Position numbers and translations under genes: made by a program. From Paramecium tetraurelia (taxonomy: Eukaryota), in contig CT868680.1 in NCBI GenBank assembly GCA_000165425.1, forward strand, positions 1 to 64,000: a DNA stretch of 64,000 nucleotides, in the 5' to 3' direction. The notes under the pieces were generated by a model. That model searched no databases and was not told the origin of the DNA. It saw only the letters and a list, made by a program, of their open reading frames with translations. Position 1 is the stretch's first letter. Each line of letters starts with the position of its first letter. Below are positions 56,560 through 64,000 of the stretch, piece after piece.

Positions 56560-56948
56560 TCACTTTTTTGGTTTGATTTGGGACTAAGACTTTTGATTTA
56601 TTTCAGGCTCTTAGCTCTATTCCTTTTTAACAAGTTGACTTTTAGACTTATTTTTTAACACTTGTTATTGTTCTTCTTCTTTTTGTTGTTCTTGTTATAA
56701 TATATTACAATTTTACAGTATTGTTATTCATCCATCCAAACTTGTGTATTTCTGCCTGGAGATGAATATGAGTCACCATCTTTAGATTAACTTTTTGTGC
56801 CTTATTCAGATCTAAATTATATGTTGTCTTACAAAGCATAGCGTTTTTATTAAGGATTCAAAATATTCCCGACTTAGGTAACGTCTTCTGCCAACATCAC
56901 TTAACCTTCAAATATCTCTTCACCTTCATTTTTATCTTACTTGTCCAT
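56560..56948 (-). CDS. Small hydrophilic hypothetical protein
   Basis: MDKQDKNEGEEIF to QIKPKK-TGA with one intron. Confidence 0.6.
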
Positions 56949-57299
56949 AAATTGTTGAATAATAATAATAATGGTTTTTTGATAGAATTAGATGTGCTAT
57001 ATTTAGTTAATTTTAAAAATTAGTAAGGCTTATTAATGGTTAAATCATTAATAATTCATTCTATTCTTGACCTAAACATGCTAATATCTTTAAAATCATT
57101 GGAATGTAGTTTTAAAATTAAAGATTTAATAATAATGTTAGCCCTAATATCTTTTACTGGAAATCAAATAAATAATTTCTGCACTTTAAAATTATGATAT
57201 AAGTCAATACCATCAATTCAAATATCAATAAAATAATAGTATTAAGTGAAAATCATTGTTCTTCTATAATTTGGGTGCATCAAAATGTAAGATATTTTA

Positions 57300-58166
57300 A
57301 TTTAATAATTTACTATAATTCAAACTAAATGCGATTCTTCATTATTTGAAATAGGATATTTTTCTTGTTTTTCTTATTTCAAATTGATTCTCTTGATTTA
57401 TAAAGGGAAATTAAGTATTTTTGTCAATTCCTATTGAATTTCAATTACATTTTAATGAATAGATCAATAAGGAAAACATAGTAATTCATTCAGTATATCA
57501 AAAAGCAACAGCATAATAGCACAACAAAGTGAAAAGATGCAAATAAGCGCACTTGTGATTAAAGAATATGTGATGGTTCCTTTAAAATCATAAATCATAG
57601 GTGAAAAGTAAGAGTTTAATGCAGCTGCTATTTCTGGCAATGTTACTTTACGACCACTTGCCTTTTAAATCGATATATAGATATACTGTTGATAATTAAT
57701 GCACTTTAAACCAAGCCGTAATGATTACATTTTATGAGATAATCAAATTTTCACTTGCTATAGTTAAACAATAATGGAATTATTACTTGACTCCTAAAAA
57801 AACTCTCCCAATTAGCATCATCAAAAACTTTTGTACAATCCACCGATTGCTAAGAAATGGTAACTAATGATACAAATATTATGATGCTTATTAGACATCC
57901 TATATCTACAATTATATAATACTAATTCTATCTATTAGATAACCTCCAATTAATGTAAGTAAGATATTTAAAAGGCTGAAAAAAGAGTAGAGGTAATTAA
58001 ATTCTGTTAATGAAATGTGTACCTCTTCAATTATTTAAGATTATAATATTTATAGATTATCAAAAGAATAATTGTTTCAGAAAAGTAAAAGAGCTGATAA
58101 GATTAAGACAATGTATCTTGTTGTTTTTATCTTCTATTTATCCAACTTTTAATTCTACTCTCCCAT
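57300..58166 (-). pseudogene. Decayed MFS transporter (MFSD1-like)
   Basis: RYIVLILSALLLF*NNYSFDN..FNYLYSFFS..LIGGYLIDRI has an in-frame TGA at 58077-58079. AIGGLYKSF and LMMLIGRVF lie in different frames. The later TLPEIAAALNSYFSP block is followed by a stop. Confidence 0.8.
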
Positions 58167-58448
58167 ATATAAATTTATTAGAAGAAGATTATATAAAAAT
58201 TACAAATTCTTTGAGATCAATCGTTATTTATAATTAATGAAAATGATCATCTCGCCACATACAATAAAAAAATAAATTTACTCTAGAAAATACAATGGTA
58301 TTATCATATAATTCAAATTATCAGAAGTTAAATTTTTAAATTTTATACAAAGATTGATTATTAATATTAATAAGTGTTAGCTAAACTAGTATCTTGAAGA
58401 TAATAATTATAATATTATCAATCAAATAAACAAATGATTTCAAATTAA

Positions 58449-61108
58449 TCAAACTGATTTTCTTTAAAATTTTCTTAATTTAATGGCCATAGTCTTTACA
58501 TAATAAAAGAAGGTATATTTGTTTAAATCTTCAATTTCTCTTTTTCTTCTCTTGGATTATTTTTTGGGGGCTTTATCCATTTAGATAATGATTGCTGAGA
58601 TGTTATTTTAAGGCATGTAATCCTTATAGTTTCTCATTTGATCAAGTTGGAGACAAGTTTGATGAAATGAAGCCAAAAATAGTTCAGATTAAAATTTATT
58701 CAATGATTAAGATTGGAATGAATTATTTAGTAAATAGTTATGTGATTTAAACTCTTGTTGTATTATTGTCATTTTTTATTTTGGCAATTATGCTACAATA
58801 GAAGGTCTGACTTATGTTTAATGCCTTTTCTGTTGTAGTGAATTAGCTGATACAAAATTTGTAGGTGGAACATAATCTTATTCAGCTATGACGATTTTAG
58901 ATTTTGGTTCTTCAGATGTGTTTTTATCTCTTTCTTCAAAAGTGTTTCTTTAGAGATAACCAGATTAATAATCTGAAATTTAAACTTTAGATTCATTTTC
59001 GTCTTAGAATGCTTTTATTGAAAGTTCTATGGTCTTACAAAGTCTTCTACAATTAGTTTTATGCAATGACCTTTTGTGGAACATCCTGAGATTTTGTCTC
59101 TCATTAAAAGTTGCAACTTTAATTCTTTATTCCAAATTTGGCTTATATTAAATTAAGGGGCAATCTATAATTTCGTGAGTAAATAGTCTGCAATTTTAAC
59201 AACTGGAGATGCATTTGGAGTAATCAGAATTGAGCAGTATCTAATCTTTAATATTGTGAAATCTCTGAAAATCTTTTTAATAATATTGAATGATTTATAA
59301 GAACTTTTCTCTCTGTATTTTGTATAGCACTGTATCACTCATACATTTAGCAGAATATTTAGGATTAAGTCCAGTAAAGAAGGAGTATTCCCCAAATTTC
59401 TCACCTCTATTTAATGTTGTTAAGATTTTGTTAGATTACTCTTCGAATAAGGCTATCTATCCTGATTGTACAAAATATCTATTTAATGATATAATATATA
59501 TACAAACTAGAATCAGTACTTCCATTCTATTAGAATACAATATCGTTAGAAACTAGATATTAAGTTTCCAAATATCTGGAGATATCAGTCACTGCTTGTG
59601 TTGAAAATAGATCTTTCAGAAAAGTAATCTGATTGAGAATTCTTAATTGAATCGATTTTGTAATTTGGTTTCTCAAATCTTCTGGTAGTTTTTCCATAAT
59701 TTTGTTGATTTCCTCCTGACTCTCCTAATTTTAATTCTGAAATAGATGATGCTTTATAAAGTTTCTTGCTCTCAACTATAATTCCACTTCAACTTTATTC
59801 TTATCCATAAAACCATTAATTCTCAATAGCATTTTTTTATATTCATACTTTGTATCTTGGATATTCTTTAAAATAATTCCAATGGAATTGAGTGAATATG
59901 CATAGACACAACTAGATAAAAACATCATGATTATTGTGAATACTATTTCTATCCAATTTTAGGGTGTTAAATCACCATATCCAACTGTTACAATGGTTGT
60001 TGTAGCCCAATATATTGAATAGTTATATTTCATCATGATGCTCTCGTTCTCAATCTCATACTTCTGCAACCATGATTTTTCTAACAACATATCACTCTTT
60101 TCTCCAACATAATACCACACACAGGCTGTGATGTGAGCAAAAAAGAATATTGTTATGACCAGGGAAAATAGGTCAATCAAATTTGACAGTTATCCTTTGG
60201 AATAGAGTGATTCTAAAAACTTATCAAAATTTGTTATCACTTTTTTGATTGTCACAATTATTTATATTATTTAGAGTACTTCAAAAATGAGACTAAATTC
60301 AGGTTTATTGAATATAATAATCCAAATTATAAGACTTATAATATCTTAAACTCCTTGTCCTTATAGATAATGCTTAACGATTTGGCTTCTGGTGGTTATG
60401 ATTTCTCCAAATGATATTGTCGATCTATTTAAATTGACCAAAATTTCTAGAAATAAATACAGTATAATTGTGATAATCAATACGATTGGAGATTGATAAT
60501 TGAAGGCCGCTTAGAAAGGGCTCAACCACAATGAAATCATGTTTATTATAATTCCAATCAAATCCCAATACATTAGCAATTAACTCCCAGGTTGAAATAT
60601 TTTAATAAATTAATGATTATCTCCCTAATCTATAGATATTAGAATGAAATAGTACTCAATGTTTATCTCCAATCGGATGACCTTTTAGATATGTACTCAT
60701 CTTAGAATTACAACTACAATTTTTGAGGGAGGATGTATGAATTTCTGAAAAGATTTTAGATAAACCTATTAACAATAGCTTTGCTTTTGATTTGTTTTAA
60801 AAAGTTTGTAACTTGTCCTGAGTCACTATTTTATTTTTTAATATTGTCCATCCTATTTGAAACCAGCTTTTTCTATCTTTAGATAAGCATAATACTGCAA
60901 ATGAACTATAAATAGATTAAGCCCTTGATTATCTTTCGTCACATTCCTGTTTCAATTACTTAATTGAGTCTGCTTGTTCTTTGGATTCTGAATAAATCGA
61001 ACAATCTGAATTTTATTTTCTATAATGTATATATGAAGGATTTCTCGTGAATGTAGGTCCAATACTTGATCTTCTAGAACTAAGGTTTCGTTCGCTTTAA
61101 ATTAACAT
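58449..61108 (-). CDS. Cyclic-nucleotide-binding-domain K+ channel (KCNH/HCN-like)
   Basis: AHITACVWY, YWATTTIVTVGYGDLTP selectivity filter, FAYSLNSIG, CNBD with GEKFGEYSFFTG. Confidence 0.95.
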
Positions 61109-61277
61109 AATATTTATTAGATTAATTGATTTTTGTTTTTTTTAAAAAACTCTATACTGGATTAATTTGATATTTGTTTTTAATATCCGAAAGAATTCAA
61201 GAAGTTATTAGGAATAAATTTGATTTCTTAATTAAATAAATAAAGAGATTTTTTTGAAATACTAATTATGAATATTT

Positions 61278-62003
61278 ATGAGAAGTGATTTTGAAAAACC
61301 AGATAAAAATTCAGATACATTATTTTAGATTATTTAATTCTAAAATATAAAACATAAAGAATTTAAATTCCAATTCAAACTAACTCCAAGGAGTGGAACT
61401 GACCGAGCAATCTTCAATTTAACATTTGAGTTAAACGTAATTTAAAGAGTTACTTGTACTGGATAAATAAATAATATATCAAAATGGGGAAATATGATCT
61501 GTAGATGTGAACTGTACTTAGAATTATTAAATTAGTCTCACATGTTCATCATTTCCAAATCTGACCCTAACTTTAGAATTTAAAATAATTGCACAAGTTA
61601 GATAGACCTAAAAGATTATTATAAATTTGAACGTCTGAAATTCGATTACTTATATTAAAAACTAGATATCTATTTTTTTTAAGAGACCAATCACATGATC
61701 TAGTCATCCAATAATATTCCAAAATAAATGAAAAATTAGTTAAACTTAATATAGTCTTTATTTTCATTTGATAAAAATTACTTTAAAAAACTTTATTCAA
61801 TAGACCAATTGTCAATCTAACTTCTAAATAATCATTCAATATAAAGATTATTAACAACACTTTTCAACCGTAGAAATGTTTCCACAAAATTTGTATCCTT
61901 TAATTAAATACTATGTAAGTCCGACAATAATGTGTCATCTGTACATCAGAAATAAGTTAATTAGGAACAAAATCCAATAGCTCCTATTCTAACTTAACAA
62001 TGA
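61278..62003 (+). CDS. Intronless hypothetical protein, 241 aa
   Basis: Codon-by-codon TGA-free frame from MRSDFEKPDK to PILTQQ-TGA. Confidence 0.55.
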
Positions 62004-62434
62004 TGATGTCCTTATTTACTTTTCGAATAGTAATCAATTAAAATCAATTTCAAGTCTAGTTATAATAATTTATTATATCTTGAGATATTATAAGATAATC
62101 ATGAATTATGATTTTAACTCTTATAAATTATAATTAAGATTTGTACTTAAATCTTTAAAAAAACGATTTAGTTATACCCAAATTTGTAATGTAGATTAGG
62201 AATTCTGAGATGTGAATAAATTATTATTGATGCTCTAAAAAATATATGCAATTAAATTCGTTATTAAAAGTTACATTTGATGTCAATTATTCTTTTATGA
62301 ATATCCATTTAATCTAATTTTGTTTAGCAATAAAAAATGATTTACAATTAAAATAGTAACTAAAATTCAACTGAATAAATTAAACTATTGTAATTATTCT
62401 ACTATTCAATTAATAAAACTTATTTGCAAATATT

Positions 62435-63181
62435 ATGGACAACTAAATGCCAATTATTAGAAAACGGAGCAACATAAGTGATAAGGGATAAGAAAAGAAC
62501 AGTAACACTCCTCCTATGATAAATTGTGATAAATTGATAACTAATTTATAGAAGATTACATTGATGGATATATTAGATCAATTCGCAAAGGACTCAGAGA
62601 GCAAGAGTCTAATAGAGATTTTAAGATCAATCTTTGAGATTTCAGAAAAGCCTCAAAGGGTTTAACAGAAATCTTAGGCTGATTTGTGGAGTATCAATAA
62701 TTACAAAGATAACTAAAAATTCGAGTTTAATGATGAATAAAATAAATTTAATAGGAAAAATTGTTCTGACAATTAGAATACTAAGTAGAAGGATTACAGA
62801 AATAGAGACAACGATAAAAACTACCACAATGAGAAGTTTGATAGATATGATCGATAAGATAAATACGATAGGAATGAGCGAAGACCAAAACAAGATAATA
62901 ATGAGAGAAATGATAGGCATGATCAATATACTAAGAATGACAAATATCAGAAATATGACAGGAAGGACAATTACGATAGGCGGGATAATTAGGATAAGCA
63001 TTTTAATGACAATAAGGGAAGGAGGGATTATCATGGGAATGACAACTAGAACTAAACACAGGAGATCAGAAGTGATTGGGTTGTAAAGATACCAGACAGT
63101 GTTGCATTTGGTTAATAATAATGGGGAGCAGAGAATTTTAATTAGAATTAGTTGTAGTTGTCTGTGGCGACTCCTAAATGA
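62435..63181 (+). CDS. Hypothetical protein with Asp/Arg/Asn/Tyr low-complexity region
   Basis: Intronless frame from MDNQMPIIRK through DRYDRQDKYDRNERR to ATPK-TGA. Confidence 0.75.
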
Positions 63182-63205
63182 ATAAATAATTAATTTAATT
63201 ATAAA

Positions 63206-64000
63206 ATGTTATACGGACTTTAATGCAGAAAGCATCCAAGTATTTAAGTATCTTTTGTGTGCACTAAAGTGAATTGCAATTATGGCAATCTTCTGTGTTA
63301 GTAATGTAAATGATTTTATTGAAACCATAGGCATAAATGGAAATTTATAACATAAAAATGAGCATAAGAATTATTTGAATCAGCTTAATGAATTTGTCTA
63401 TCAGTAGAATGGGAAGACAAAAACTGTGTTGATTCCCAGCATTAATAGTACACTTTAAGAATTAGATAAAAGATTGAAGGAATATAATGCATTGATAGAC
63501 AGAGAGGCATAGGAAATTGATACGGATATACAACAGTTGTTGAAGATTTTTTATGAGAGTTCAGAGAAAGCAAAGAAACAGATTCAGGAGATAATCAGAA
63601 GAGATTTATGTGAGTAGCAAGCAAAAAATCTAAATTTTAAATAGCAATTACAAGAAATACAATCTAATGAGTAAAAAAGGAACGACAATACCAATTATTT
63701 ATTCAATACAATATTCTTTAGAGACCAAGATAAGGAATTACCCGTGTCTGAATAATCTTTAATGTAGATTATCAACAAGTATAAAATACTGTAATATGAA
63801 GAAATGGAAATCTGAACTAACTACGATGTGACATTCTCAATTGCTTAAATAATGTAATTGGTACATTATAACCTACGAGTAATAGAATTCGCTACAAGAG
63901 TACCTAGAATCAAATGTAATTATTCAATCTACTTAAAAATGACTTCATTCAAAGTTTGAATTGTCTATTCCAGAAACTAACGGATCTCACCCAAGAGTTC
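63206..64000 (+). CDS. B-box-like zinc finger / coiled-coil protein (runs off the window)
   Basis: CRKH..FVC..C..LLCQQC..H..H after removal of a 25-nt intron, then coiled coil. Confidence 0.65.

Noticed and set aside
62634..63086. Overlapping 150-aa (+) and 130-aa (-) Ile/Met-rich ORFs suggesting a membrane protein or sense-antisense pair
   Set aside because: They are off-frame and antisense shadows of the D/R/N/Y low-complexity gene 62435-63181.

Overview
AT-rich, gene-dense eukaryotic DNA that only reads with the ciliate genetic code (TAA/TAG = Gln, TGA the sole stop) and about 20-30 nt GT..AG introns. This points to a Paramecium (aurelia-group) macronuclear chromosome, and the supplied standard-code ORF track is therefore largely misleading. 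The window starts with mixed (A/C)CCCAA telomeric hexamers, followed by about 2.2 kb with no intact gene, then about 50 tightly packed genes. Recognisable products: two Rab GTPases, a CCR4/nocturnin-type EEP hydrolase, four protein kinases, a PI4-kinase, bystin, eL18, eL8, eS17, VPS26, an ArfGAP, RING/B-box/Kelch proteins, an MDR oxidoreductase, an S10 carboxypeptidase and a CNBD K+ channel. Most notable: (1) a secreted protein with the ordered motifs of zeta (cadmium-type) carbonic anhydrases but Cys at the His-ligand position; (2) a 137-aa minimal Hakai/CBLL1-like protein; (3) a compact DOT1-like methyltransferase whose stop overlaps the next ATG; (4) a minimal Dbf4-type zinc-finger protein; (5) a Rab with DMSGPE in place of DTAGQE; (6) a TLDc gene with one in-frame TGA; (7) a decaying MFSD1-like pseudogene. 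All calls come from manual translation and motif recall. No database searches were run, and some gene ends are approximate.
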